The position numbers and the translations under genes are program-made. A stretch of DNA of 64,000 nucleotides from Lingula anatina. Taxonomy: Eukaryota; Animalia; Brachiopoda. The stretch is from assembly GCA_051362555.1 (NCBI GenBank), contig CM120647.1, positions 5,270,001-5,334,000 on the forward strand, given 5' to 3'. Position 1 is the first letter of the stretch; each line of letters starts with the position of its first letter. Below the pieces are notes generated by a model, which worked only from the letters and a program-made list of their open reading frames with translations, was not told where the DNA came from and ran no database searches. Shown piece by piece: positions 48,670 to 62,784 of the stretch.

Positions 48670-51005
48670 ATCCTCCGCTTGGATTACCGGCGTTTTTTGT
48701 TACCTGACAAATAAGGGCAGATGTCAATTTACGTTTTAGCTATTAATTCTGAATTTACTTAGATTTTGGGCTAAATTCGATGTCAGATTCATAGACATGA
48801 CGCAAAGCCACCAGAGTGACTGTTTAAATTTCAAAATATTATATTTCGTTTTCTTCCTGATGTTTTTTTATTATTATCATTTGTTGTGCCACTTGTTGCA
48901 CACACTGAAGATCTAAGGCTAGTATGATACCACCCATTGTATGATAATCTAAACTAGCCTTCACATTTTACAGACAAAATTATTCAGACCTTTCAACACT
49001 ACCGGTCTCCTCGAGAATCTCCCCATTAAGTGACAAAATTCCTGATTCCCCGCTTCAGCATCGTGAAAGGGTTAAAAACAATTTATTTCGAAATTAAAAG
49101 AAGCAGTTTTTCGGGAGGCATGGGAGAGGGAGACATAGTTAACGTCAGGTGATTCATTAAAGCCGAGGAGTGTTTCACTATCAAATATGTAAAGCATATG
49201 TCATAAAAACAGTATAATAATCTTTTGTTACAATCTGCAATATCTGTTCATTTATATAGCAGGGCGAAGTTAACGCCAAAGGTAAATAGTAACTAATACC
49301 GTAATCCATCTTGCCCATTTATAAATGTCATAATTTTGTCGATTTATTGAAACCAATCTTTGTACAAAGTGGGTTAGCATAAGTTAATCAACAACCAGTA
49401 TGAAAATCAACTGACTTTTTTAAGTGAGGAAAGGCACCCTCTTTACGCTGATTATAACCTTGAGGAGTTGTGTAAAGTTCTATCCACTCGAGTGTGAAAA
49501 CAACACATTCTTTGTCACTTTTACGAGACAATGGAGGCTAGCAAGTGGAGTAATTACAATATACAATCAAAAGGAAATTAGTTTAGAAAGCTTACTTCGG
49601 GTCAGCCTTTGCTTGTTTGAAGGAGAGAGAGAGATATCGCAACGCGACCTTCGTGTGTTCGTGTACAAACGTGTGAAAGACAGGCAACGGTCTTGATTCG
49701 CTGTTGATATTGTTTGTAATCAATGTTGAAGTATACCCCCTTCGCCTACATGGAAACGTGTTAGTTTGCCTCATGTTCACTATATGTCTTTCAGGTGGAT
49801 CAGACAAGGCGCTGGCATCGATAAAAGTAGAGGTTAATCTAAACAATTAGGTGCAATTTTTGTGAAATAACTTCAGTGATGTGCACGAACCTAGCATGTT
49901 TAAATTCTTGAAATTTTAAAAAGTAAAATCTTTCATACACGGCCTCAGGCTATACTCTCCGATGTTATCGTATTTCACGGTACTCTTGGAAACTTGAAGC
50001 ACAGAGCATTGTGAAAGTAAATTCGCTACTGAGTCTTGTTATATTCTTCATGCAGTTTTATACATGTAGCTGGGATAAACACTGTGAACTGGAAACAGGC
50101 TTTATTTAGCTTTAGCTTTACAAAACCAGTCTTGCTTTGATTTGGTGTTAACCTGACACTTATTTTAAAAGAACAAATATAGATATGTTGGATGGATTTA
50201 AAAAAGTTAATTATTGTACTCCGCTTTTCAGTGTTCATCCTGGTGCTTTCATCGGGGATACCTCAGTTTGAGGAACAATTACGTTGCTAGCCTAACTCCA
50301 TATAATACTGGAATATATTTAAGTACACGTTAAGCTTTGTAAAGTCCGTATCGTCACACATCATAGATACTGAATTTTGTCTTGAATGAAAAAATACCCT
50401 CAAATTATAGTTTTGTGCTTAAACCTTTCATAACTTGGCCGAGGTTTGGTATACTGTGCACTGTAGCTACTAAGACGTTCCTCAAGTTTGGTCTGCTGGG
50501 GGAGGGGGGCATTTCAATGATAAACGAGGAAGTCTACCTGTAAAAGCAGCAGCTGCGGTTTAAATGATCGCTATCTCGGTTCCTTTTTCTTTGACAGCAA
50601 CAAAGAAAGTGTTTAGGGAGAAAGTCACACGAAGACCCGACGTTGTTTTGTCTTCACATTTCCTCCTTTTTTTCACTCCAATTACTATCGTCAATTCATG
50701 AAACCGAGAAAGCAATTAAGTGACGGCACACTGAATATAGTCACTGGGGGCATTTCGCTGAGTGTTTACAAGATCTAGCGACACATTTTGTCGCAATGCG
50801 TTCAAGTCTGATTAATAAGGGGGTGTTTATGCTGAATCAGGGAATTTGGAGATGTGTCCCTAAATGAGGAGATTCTCGAGGACACCGGTAGTGTTGAAAG
50901 GTTTGAAGAATTTTGTCTGTAAAATGTGAAGGCAAGCTTAAATTATCATACAATGAATGGTATCATAATTGCCTTAGGTCTTCAGTGTGTGCAACAAGTG
51001 ATTCG
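48670..51005. repeat. Rearranged partial copies of the 11954-15626 element
   Basis: 48670-50200 matches in reverse, 50205-51005 matches 14150-14920 directly. Confidence 0.75.
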
Positions 51006-51165
51006 AAACGGCAAAATAAAAGCAAGGAGGGCTGTGTTTGTTTATGGGGGCGGGGGCCAGTTAGTGGTATTTGTATGTGTAGTTGGATAAAATAAAATAG
51101 TCCAGAATAGTGTACGTGCACGTTTGAGAAGTTGAACACGGAAAAGTTTTCCACTGATAACAAAA

Positions 51166-51254
<89 letters not shown>

Positions 51255-51289
51255 TTTTGTTATCAGTGGAAAACTGATATATATATATA

Positions 51290-51490
51290 TAACAATGTGA
51301 AGTACCTTTTCTCTTGGTACAATTTAAGAGTAGCATCATTTACAGGGGTCTTAAGTTTCCCGCCACATCTGTCTCGCAACATGTAGATTCCCTTCGTTTT
51401 ACCCTTTCCCACTACTACGTATGGTCCCAGGTAACGTTGTGCACATTTCCACCCTTCCAATCCTCCTACCGCAGGTTGCGTTTTAACACT
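51290..51490 (-). mobile_element. Gypsy/Ginger-type integrase C-terminal (GPY/F) fragment
   Basis: RYLGPYVVV....KGIYMLRD..G..LKTPVN...LKLY. Confidence 0.55.
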
Positions 51491-51498
51491 CTAACGCC

Positions 51499-51775
51499 AC
51501 CCGCACGAAAATGCAGCGGTATCGAAGTAGCAAAGAAACATTAATGCAGTAGTGGTGTGGAGCATATCTGCAGTAGAAATGCAGTATAGCCTACTGCAAG
51601 TCTACTCCAAAAAGTACATAGGTTTGTACAGAGAGGAGCATTAATGCAGTAGATTAGCAGCATAATAGAAGCATGTTTCAAATATGCTAATGAGCTCCCA
51701 AATCGAAACAGATTTGAGGCATGTTTGCAGTATGATTGCAATAGTCTACTGCGCTGGAGTATATACTGCGTTTTC
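51499..51775. mobile_element. Second copy of the 45922-46207 MITE, right end truncated
   Basis: Direct high-identity match. Confidence 0.8.
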
Positions 51776-51786
51776 GTTATTTTTCC

Positions 51787-54012
51787 ACCCCTGTGAAGTT
51801 GATTCCTGGTTCCTTATTCCTTATTCGGTTACTTATTCAAATGTGAAGTTGGTTACTTATTCCCGGTTCCTTATTCGGTTACTTATTCAACTTTTTTATG
51901 TTTTTTTATGATTTTGATGCTAAAATACCTGTTTCATCATACTAGCACCCCCTCTTCATCTAGATGACACCCTAAAATTGTTAAATATACCACTAAAAAC
52001 ACAAAATATAACCCATTCCTTATTCAAAAGTCCTGTTACTTATTCGGTTACTTATTCCTTATTCGGTTACTTATTCCTTATTCGGTTACTTATTCAACTT
52101 TTTTATGTTTTTTTATGATTTTGATGCTAAAATACCTGTTTCATCATACTAGCACCCCCTCTTCATCTAGATGACACCCTAAATTGTTAAATATACCAAT
52201 AAAAACACAAAATATAACCCATTCCTTATTCAAAAGTCCTGTTACTTATTCGGTTACTTATTCCTTATTCGGTTACTTTTTTCCAAGGAGCTTAGGCTCT
52301 GACGTCATTGTGACAATGATCATCCGTGGACTTGCTGCCTGCTGATTGGTACACTATGACATGATTCCCATTTAAATCCATAAAATATGAGATCAAAAAA
52401 GCACTTAAAGACTAACTATATAAATCCAATGATGCCCATTTTTACTATGACGCCAGAGCCCAAACCTCGCTTTGAAAGGGGATTCCCCACCCACATGACT
52501 AACTATAAACCCACAATAAAATCCAAAAGACAAAAGGAGATGAATTTAGGAAATTGTTTGTAATTCAACTTCAGGTTGATTAACAGTATTTTGAAGAGAC
52601 AAGAATATACAAGCAGTAGATGAATTAGAAGGGTGTGAGAAATTAAGTGTATAAACTGCAAATAAGGCTATGTTACAATAGTAAAATTGATAAATAAACA
52701 GTATTTAATCAAGGGAAGACATAAAACCGGTTTTAATTATTGATTAAAACGGAAATTGATGGCAGGTGACTATGAAAGGAGAGGTAGTATAAACCTGTTG
52801 ATGATTAAATTAACTAGGCTATAGTCTGTTTGACGAAACCTTGCTGTCTTTAGAAGCGCAACACTCTATATGAATGTAATCATAAGTTCAAAATTCAACT
52901 TTTATTGGAGTTTGAATGGGAGAGTGCATGTTGAGCAGAAAATATGGGCATAAGTTTGAATAAGTAACCGAATAGGCCTAAGAGTAACCTAAATGGCGGC
53001 CGCCTATGGGCGAAATCAAAAGGGCGCCCGTACATTGAAAATATGCACGGTGTAGATTTTCTCGGCTCTAATCTTCCCCGTGCATGCCATCTTAACGGCA
53101 TTGCACAAATAACATTTTAATCATGATATCTCTCAAGCGGTATGAGGTCAATAATATGGCACACCGCATTCGGACAATTCAATACCTGATTGTAAAATTT
53201 TACTGACTGACCTTGACCCCAGATGTAAACAAACACAGCTGGCGATGATCTGTCAAAAAGAACAAAGTAGCCTAGCAATGGATGACGTTTCATGATTAAT
53301 TCTCTGTCTCGAGAATAGTAAAATAAAGTAACAGGACTTTTGAATAAGTAATGGGTTATATTTTGTGTTTTTATTGGTATATTTAACAATTTTAGGGTGT
53401 CATCTAGATGAAGAGGGGGTGCTAGTATGATGAAACAGGTATTCTAGCATCAAAATCATAAAACAACATAAAAAAGTTGAATAAGTAACCGAATAAGGAA
53501 TAAGTAACCGAATAAGGAATAAGTAACCGAATAAGTAACAGGACTTTTGAATAAGGAATGGGTTATATTTTGTGTTTTTATTGGTATATTTAACAATTTT
53601 AGGGTGTCATCTAGATGAAGAGGGGGTGCTAGTATGATGAAACAGGTATTTTAGCATCAAAATCATAAAAAACATAAAAAAGTTGAATAAGTAACCGAAT
53701 AAGGAATAAGTAACCGAATAAGGAATAAGTAACCGAATAAGGAATAAGTAACCGAATAAGTAACAGGACTTTTGAATAAGGAATGGGTTATATTTTGTGT
53801 TTTTATTGGTATATTTAACAATTTTAGGGTGTCATCTAGATGAAGAGGGGGTGCTAGTATGATGAAACAGGTATTCTAGCATCAAAATCATAAAAAAACA
53901 TAAAAAAGTTGAATAAGTAACCGAATAAGGAACCGGGAATAAGTAACCAACTTCACATTTGAATAAGTAACCGAATAAGGAATAAGGAACCAGGAATCAA
54001 CTTCACCGGGGT
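51787..54012. mobile_element. Foldback (Mutator/FB-like) non-autonomous element with modular long TIRs
   Basis: ACCCCTGTGAAGTTGATTCCTGG / CCAGGAATCAACTTCACCGGGGT ends; 9-bp TSD TATTTTTCC at 51778-51786 and 54013-54021; arms of 19-bp TTATTCGGTTACTTATTCC units inside ~190-bp repeats. Confidence 0.9.
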
Positions 54013-55878
54013 TATTTTTCCTGTAAAATGAAAGAATCGCTTGCATTGACGTTATAAATGTCGAAATATTATGAGATGCATTTCCAACAATTAATCAAAG
54101 AATTGAAGATTGGAATGTTTATGTTAATTATGTCATGCTGTTAAAAAGAGAACATCGAGGAATATTTAATGCACAATTATCCCATTTTCATGCCTAGAGT
54201 CAAAACATTTTTTTTTTGAGCAAATTGTATGTTTTCCTGTGCCTGTGGTGTATGGAAATCATGGCGAGAATATACTAGCTGAACACGTTTTTCTATGTCA
54301 TCCTCCCCATAGCACACTGTATCACCACTTCTGGCCTTGTCCTTCGGTAGAGTTGGTTGATTGGAATAATGTGAATAATTTGCAACAAAAATGTACACAC
54401 TTTGTACATATTTTCTTGGTGCAAATGGCAATATGCATTCTTTATTATGACGACTGTAAAACGACACATTATATAGTATATTAAAATGAAAAATAGTATA
54501 TTATGAGTTGCATATTCATTACTTTAACATAAATACATTTTTTTTGTCGACGTTAATATGTAACGGAACGTAGGGTCCGGTATAACAGATGGTCCGGGAG
54601 ACACTCTAAACATAGATCATTCAGGGTCCGGAGGGACCCTGTATTTCAAAGCAGACTGTCATATCAGAAACCAGGGGTCCTCCGGACCTCCAGACCTCCA
54701 GACTATTTTTTTTTTTGCCTGCATCTGGAACGCTTGTGTAAGCTCCAACAGCTGGGGTATTTTTTGCAACCTTGTGTTTCTCGAAAACGTTATAGCATCA
54801 CTCAAATGCTATAGTCCATGTACATTTGCTGCTGTAACAGTGTGCTAATTTATATAAACACGTGCGCCTTTCCACGACGAAGTTTAATAAATGGGTGGGG
54901 AAATTATGTATTTATTACCAAGTCTTGTCAAAAAAGATCCGTTAAAAGTTATGTTAAAGATCCAAAAACTATTTGATTGTGACGTTACATCCAAGCACTA
55001 TTAAATTATCAGAAATGAATTTCTATGACGAAAAAATGTGACCGTCATTTTTTAAGATTAAAACAACGACTAATGAAAACACACAGCTTTAAAACCAATA
55101 CTAGTTGACGGTTTATTTGAATTCTATGCGGGTATCTATTTACAGGTGGTTCGAATACTTCAGACCAATCCACGCTAATAATTTTGTCTTAATTCCCTGA
55201 TTTGCAGGAGTTCCCACACCAAGGTGCCTGCCATTATAAAACCATGGCTATATTTTTTAATGACATAAATATTCTTATATGCTGCATATAAATAAAATCA
55301 TCCTTAGCTATTCATACGATATTATTTTTAATCAGATAATACATGCATTTGCATTTGTTTAATAAGTTTTCCTGACCTGATCTTTATACCCGTAGAACTA
55401 AAACTTTCTTGAAACTATACAAATTAAGACACCATGGTTCTTTAGCTTCCTTTGTCACCAACGGAATGTGTTTCAAAATTTTAATGTGAGTTGAAATAGG
55501 AAAAAAAACACTCATTTACAAACCACCTTAACAATAGCACAGTTCAGGATGAAACACGTGTAGGTTGAAAAAGGAGCTGGTATTATACAAACTCAGACAC
55601 TTTCTTTTAAATTGTTTAGATGTTTTGCTTTAGATGTTGTTTACAGGGTATATGTCAAGGAATGTTCCTTTCTACATTAAGATATTAAAATGGCACTGCA
55701 TATAGACAGCTTTAGCTATCATATATTTTATTTATTTTCTTTAATTTTTTTTACAATAACCGTCCAAATTGGAAAAAAAATCCCATTGATCGATTTTTTT
55801 TATTTTGAAGAGCGAATCTAACTGTAAATTCAGATTTATGAATTACTATCATTGTTCTTCTTTTGTGCTGCAGAATCG

Positions 55879-55948
55879 ATGTCATCTACGATGTGGTCAC
55901 TGCAATTCTACATCATCGCATTGTTTCTGTTCGACAGTCCAGTGACAG
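55879..55948 (+). CDS. Paralog B exon 1, signal peptide (MSST)[20 protein letters not shown]
   Basis: ctgcag acceptor ends 55873; two in-frame ATGs (55879, 55891); gtatgt donor. Confidence 0.8.
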
Positions 55949-58900
55949 GTATGTATACCCATGACTCATGGCAAACTAAGGAAGAAAGACTTTGATATAG
56001 CAAATGTTATCTATGTCTCCGTGATAATTTAGCAAAAGTATTTACACCAAATTTAATATTGAAAATATGTTGTGGAATTATTGTTTGAAAACTGGACAAT
56101 TAATCCCGATTTTTACACAACCAGTGAATAACAAAGGGTAATTATTTGCTTTGTAGGACTAGGTCTACTTATATTTACGAATTAAAAAAAAATATTCAGT
56201 ATTCAAAAAACCAAAAGAATTACAGACTTGACACTTAATAGGGAATATTTTTTCCAAATCATAATTCAACATTTTTTTTTCTATTTTGCTGACTGCTAAA
56301 TGAAAATAAGGATTAAAAACGTGTTTTAATAACTTTTGATAATCTATTCGATGTCATTGTGACATCAGTTCATTCACTGAATTCGCCAGTGAAGCATACA
56401 AATATGCATTGCCTATTTTAAGTTATAGTACAACCGATATTTTGGATCTCCTAATTATTGTCTTTAAAAGTGTTACACGTCCCACAAAGGCATCCCATGT
56501 CAGTATCTAGTCACAGCAACAATCGCTGTTACGCTTGACCTAAAATTGTTTCTTAGGTGCCCCCTATCAAACAACAGTCAAATGGTGTTCAGATTATGCC
56601 TTTATTTGATCTGATTAAGGTTTTCATTGATGACTACCATTGGTGTTTTGGCACCAATGTGGTATCCACTCCAAATGCTGACACTGTCAATGACCCTAGT
56701 CACTTAGTAAGTGGCACGCGCTTCGTCGTAAGCTTCTTCATGATGTCTGTAAACTATGTTTTGACCAGTTTAGCGGTACAGGTGAAGTCTGACCCCAATA
56801 AAGAAAGCCACGCGGTTTCAGTGTTCTACCCAGAAACGGTAACGGTCCCCAATTCATTAGAGAAACAGACTACGCTGCTTGCTGTTTACAGTGGCTTCCT
56901 CAGAGGTCTCATTTTACGCACTGCGAAACCGACCGCTTGCGTGCAAAATTTCGAATTCTTCTGTGCAGTAGTTGCCAACATACTTTTTGGACAGCACCAT
57001 GCTTCGCCAAAGCCAAGCTTTGACCTGCGCAGAGGAGCACTACCCAATTAAATGACTGCATATAACATAATGCAGCAGCGCAAAAAGAAAAAGAAAAAGA
57101 AAATGCTATTCAGTTAATTGGAAGGGACACACCTGACCTCACACTTCTCCATTCACAGATATATGAGATCTAATTAAAAAAAGTGAAAAGCTTGTCCATG
57201 GATTGTACAAATCTGTTATAAGAAGTGTTCAATATGATCGCCTGGAACATATTAACAGTTCCTGTATACAGTGCGACTCATCTCAACGTGAAGATTAGTT
57301 TGATATAACAACGTGCCAGTATGAAACAAGAAACCGCGCAAGTGAAAACACATGGTTGTGCACTATTTGTTTGGATATTATTTTATATTTATGATGTAAA
57401 ATTACGTGATTTTAATTTACTCAACATTATTCAATGATGTACAATACATTACAATATTCTTCTAACAGAGAGATTTTTCAATTAAAAGAGATTGTTATTT
57501 TGTTTGCATTTTACTTATGCTTTCTTTTGAGTTAATGAGGAGACAAAATTAGCTATACCATTTCAGGGTCGCACTTCAGATTTGCCACAATCAGCTGTAG
57601 GCCCGCTCCGGATAACGCTTCAGTTGGCCTGATGAATGGTGAGAGTTTCTTTAAATATGTTATTATCAATGAAGATACGATGAGCAAGCGTCTGTCCGTG
57701 GAGACAAAAAAAAAAAAAAAAAAAAAACATTATTACCTTTGTGCAATGAGGCATTCCACATACGATGCAAAGATAGTTTAAGAAATAATTTTGGCATGTA
57801 GGATTATCCCTCAGTTATCCATTTCCGAGGATATCCTACACATTCCTTATGGGGTTTTTATCTAGGGCTGGAGCTGATCGACCATGGTGGGTCCGGATCT
57901 GGTTTGCATATGAACAGCCCACTGTTGCATTGACTGTGCGTGGAGTAAAATTGTCATAATAAAGCATCAATTAGTAGCCGTAGTTCCCAAATATATTGTC
58001 ACCAGATTTCCTTAAGTTCCTTTCCAGTACTTGGATGCATGGGTCTGAGTTAAGGTTCCTGTTGACCACTGCCATCTCGCCTACACCATAGTAGCCACAA
58101 CACCCCATGCATGTTTTGCCCTGTTCTTCTGTGTGTCCTGTCAACCAGTAGCAGAATATTGAAATAAAATCGATTCTGCAAATGTTGATACTAATATCTG
58201 AGTCGTTTCCCTTTTTTTAAGTGACCTGTGCTTGGAGGTCGGCCTGGAGATTAGATTATGGTCCTTGTGGAAACCCCTGTACGCCCGATAAATTCGAAAA
58301 ACTTTCAGTTTCTTTTTGGAAGTTTCCTTATTGGCAGTGTTTATCTGGTAAGTACAATTCACTGATTCTCACAGATCACTCACACGAGTTTGACATTGCC
58401 GAGTATAGTTTGGCCAAAGGAAAGTCTTAAGTGGTGACATCACAAAAGCACATTTAACTATCCCTTATCTGTAACTTTAGGTTGCGGATCCGAGACCCCT
58501 GAGGTTGCTCCTCATAGGTACTATGTCACAGCCATAGATCCGACTGATGAATGGCAACAAGGGGAAAATGAGTTCAGTTACACTCTGCCACACTCTGGTG
58601 TGTTTTCGTTTGGGTAAGTCTATTTCTATTTGTCCTCCACCAATACCCAACCACTTCCTGGTCAATATGCCTTCGTACGTGTACAGCATTAATTGGTATA
58701 CTGATGTTTTCTTTTGGGTCAGTCTATTTTTGTTTGTCTTCCACCACCAACCAACCATAAATTGTTCAAAATGCCTTCATGCATGTACATCACTAATCGG
58801 TATACTAGTGTCTAGTTGGTGTATTGAAATATTAGTGTCCCATCTATGTGATTTTTTTTCGTATTCTACAACAGGTGAAGTTGGTGACTAAAATAGTTTT

Positions 58901-61900
58901 AGTCTTGAATTGCACTGTAAGACCAAATCAGGCCCATTAGTGAAAGTGTACGGCTCGTGGCCTAAATATAACTCGGTCGTTTTTAAAGCAAATTATCAAA
59001 TTAATTCAACGGGTACCCCTGTATTTGCGTTTCTCATTATTCCACATTTTTAAACATCTCAGATTTAAAGACTGTTGCTGGGTAGCAATGGAAAGAGGAG
59101 ACCGAAAAAGCTGGAATGTTACAACCGAATATAATGCTGGTATCCGAAACGACACGGGAAAACCAAATGCAAGCCCAGTAACCACAAGTAGCCCCATGGT
59201 TAAGTAAGTACTTAGTGTTTAGTGCAAATGATTTTTTTTTACGGATCATCACATGATTTTAATCACAGAAGTATAATATTAGTGAAAACAAGTTAATACA
59301 ATTTGCTAGGGAACTCGTTAATAACGCGTTGATCCGCTATAATAACGGTTCTTGTCATTTTTCTTTTCAATAGCATGGATGTCACATGTGGCTATCAATT
59401 TGACATCCCAAATGCTGATGCAGATGGGGATATTGTAAGATGTCGCTGGGCAAAGGGAGAGGATGAGTGCGCCGACATATGTGGGCCACTTCCGGGGTCA
59501 ACTTTGTATCCAGTACGTAAACTCTCTCTCTCTCTCTTTTTTTTTTTTTTTTTTCTTCTTTATCGTCATGAACATACTAACATTCAGTATGGCATTAGAT
59601 GGGACTTCATAAAGAAATCATCGCTGCAATATCAGCGTCTAAATTCAGCAACGGTCACTGATGTGTTTGGTATAGTAACATGCTAAGAGCAGTCTCGCTA
59701 TGACAGTAGGCCTTGGAAAGCGCTTTTTGGTGATAATTTTCCCCTCGTTCTGAAGGGACCTTTTTGAGGTTGCTTATTTATAGCAGTAAAAGCGTAAGAA
59801 CAATGTGCCCTGTTCCCCGGTGTTAAGTTCTGGATGTTTTGGGAGTGGCCTCTGTTCAGGTTCACCAACCTGGCTTGCATGGTTTGCAACTGGTTTGACC
59901 AGCCCATATAGTAATACCCATTGAAATCGCCGTACGTTGCTTAAGTAAACAGTGCTTCAGACAAGGTAATCGGTTTATTATTACTGACACACCTGAATAC
60001 ACATTGATCTAATCACATGAAATCAGCCCACGTGAAATACACGTTTTCAAAATAAACGACTCAACGCTTTGGTGGGTAAAATATCAGTTGATTTATTTCA
60101 GAACTGTACCCTTATCATCCCGTCTTCTAAGCGAAGCCTGTACGGTAGTGGGTTTTATACAGTAGCAATAATGTTGGAAGATTTCCCCGCAACAAAAATA
60201 ACACAGGGTGGAGTGCAGAAAGACGAAACAACTCCATTGTCAAAGGTCCCGCTGCAGGTCAGGAAAATTTATATAAGTATTTAGATTAAAAAGAAATGAA
60301 AACATTGGCGATCAGAAAAAAAAACGGTAAGGACGGTATGGTTAACCCTATCATAGTTGCCGACCCCATGGCATTAGTATTTAAATAGCAATGCTTTTTA
60401 CATAACGCGTAGCCAGCTCGCTAAGTAAAGTTCTACAAACACGCTGCACCCTGTAGTTTTTTGTCCATAATTATCCACCAGAATGAACCTGCCTTTTGTT
60501 TCCACACGTGGCAGCGCGCGTCGCTTATACGTGTCCGTTTGTAGCACAGGTCGGCGAAAAGTCGCATTTTAAAGGCCCTTTATGAACAATATCACTTGCT
60601 TAATATCGCTACATATTCATAGATTGACTTTACTTTTTACTGTCACAGGCATACATGACCTGTTTATTTATTTATTGATTGATTGATTGATTTTTGAATT
60701 GACGATTGTGTTTCTGAATTTCTCATTTGTCATAAATTGGGGTTTTATAATGTGTGAAATAACTTGGATATTTCAGTATCTTGCTCGCATAAAGGATGGT
60801 TGTAATTGCGACAACCCGCCAACTTTCACAACTCCACCAGAGACAAAAAACCTACGTGCTGGGCAGACCTTCACGAAAGACTTAATAGCATTTTATCCCA
60901 GTGGGTATGTTTGCACTTGTAAGCACTTCCTTGCTCGATCAGCATAAAACAGGCAACAATTTAAAATATCATGTAATTAAGACTTTAGTTGACGACGGAT
61001 CTGCGTATCGAAATGACAGCACATAATCCACACCCATGCATATATTATATTCATAACGTCCATTTCTTTCCACACATACAGAATAAACGACAATGAATAC
61101 ATCTTTATTTATAACGTTCGCATCTTTCTACACTTGTAGAATAAATGCCATCAACGTTTTCCCTCCACCCGGTGCTAATGTCAGTGCGATGGTTAAAGTC
61201 AACGACAGCACAGCCTCTGTAAGCATAACCTGGACCCCGACCGCTGCACAGCTCGCCCAGGCCTTGGTTTGTTATCAAGCCTTTGGTAGCGATAGGTAAG
61301 TTCACACCCATCAAAGACACTGCTCTCATATCACATAATCGAACTATAAACTAGAGGAGTTTATTGCAAAGTTGTAGTCGGCTTAAGCGGCTCCTGGCAT
61401 GCCTACTGAAGCTGTTAGGCGGTAATAAACTACCGTTTAGCAGCGCCAGTAATTAGGATGTTCAGAAAGTTTATTATCTCTTCTACTGATCCAACGTATT
61501 GTATATTCATGAGGAAGAGAAAGGACTATTATATACGAATTTGCAACGAATTATATTATATTATATTATATTATATTATATTATATTATATTATATTATA
61601 TTATATTATATTATATTATATTATATTATATTTACAGATGCCCTGGACCATACCTATGTGACAAACTTACAGAAGGTAATGTGTAATAATTCGACTTAGG
61701 TAATTTGCATCTTGGGGAACCAAATTGGACGCCAGTGCCCATAACTATGTTCCAAATGTATATATGGACTCCAGCATTAAAACCATTGCTTCTAGTTACT
61801 TATAAGCCTCAAGACATGCCAAAGGGAAAAACAAATTTATCGCTCAGTCAGACAAAAAAAAAAATAAATAAATGCTTTAATGCTTTAAAATTCCACCTTC

Positions 61901-62733
61901 TTCAGGTTGAAACATCTATTAATGTGAGTCATCTCATTTAACGGCGGCCATGTTGGATTTTGGTCAAATATGAGACTCTGCCATGGGAAAACATCTGGGG
62001 ATTTTTTCTGATCTTAGCAGACGGGAGTTGGTTGAGAAACGTTTGTCACCATGGTTCCAACATCGATAGGGAAAATGTGCTCGCTTACAATCCTAGAATG
62101 GCATAGATTACTAGAATGGCATAGATGTGTATGACACATTACCATAATTATATAATTTGACAAAATTTGACCGATGGTTCATCATAGCACAGCAAGCAAG
62201 GGGAAAGTACCCGTTGAAAATAAACATTTCGGAAAGTGCAAGAATTTAACCTTGAGGATTACTCTAATTGTGCCTTTTCAAACTACATGACCACATTCGG
62301 TCTTGTTCAATGGCATAGACTGCTATGTCAGTTCGTTTAAATGTATACAGTATACTTATATTGCTAGACATTTAATGCATTGCAAACTGAACTCCCACAT
62401 TTGTTTTGGTTCACAACAAAATCAGTATTTTTCTCTAATGGTTTAATATTCCAGTATTGTTTATAATGTTGTCACTGCAAATGTGGAATAAACATATCAA
62501 GTTATACATTCACAGGGTCTCCTGTTGACGGCGGATGGTGCACGTACAGCGATTGGACTGATTGCTCAGTGACGTGTGAAAACGGCACACAGACACGCTC
62601 TAGGGAGTGCAAGTGTCCTGAACCCACCTACGGTGGCGCCACCTGTGTGGGTGCAGAAAACGAGACTCAGTCTTGTAGTGGTCCCCCTTGCCCAGGTAAC
62701 AACCCACCTCTTTCTCCCTCTCTCACCCCTCCC

Positions 62734-62784
<51 letters not shown>

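Noticed and set aside
51840-53990. Regularly spaced repeats resembling a CRISPR array
   Set aside because: Spacers are identical, arms are inverted, a 9-bp TSD is present, and the context is eukaryotic with no cas genes
56557-57051. 164-aa plus-strand ORF
   Set aside because: No recognisable motif; lies antisense to a probable Tc1 remnant in an intron
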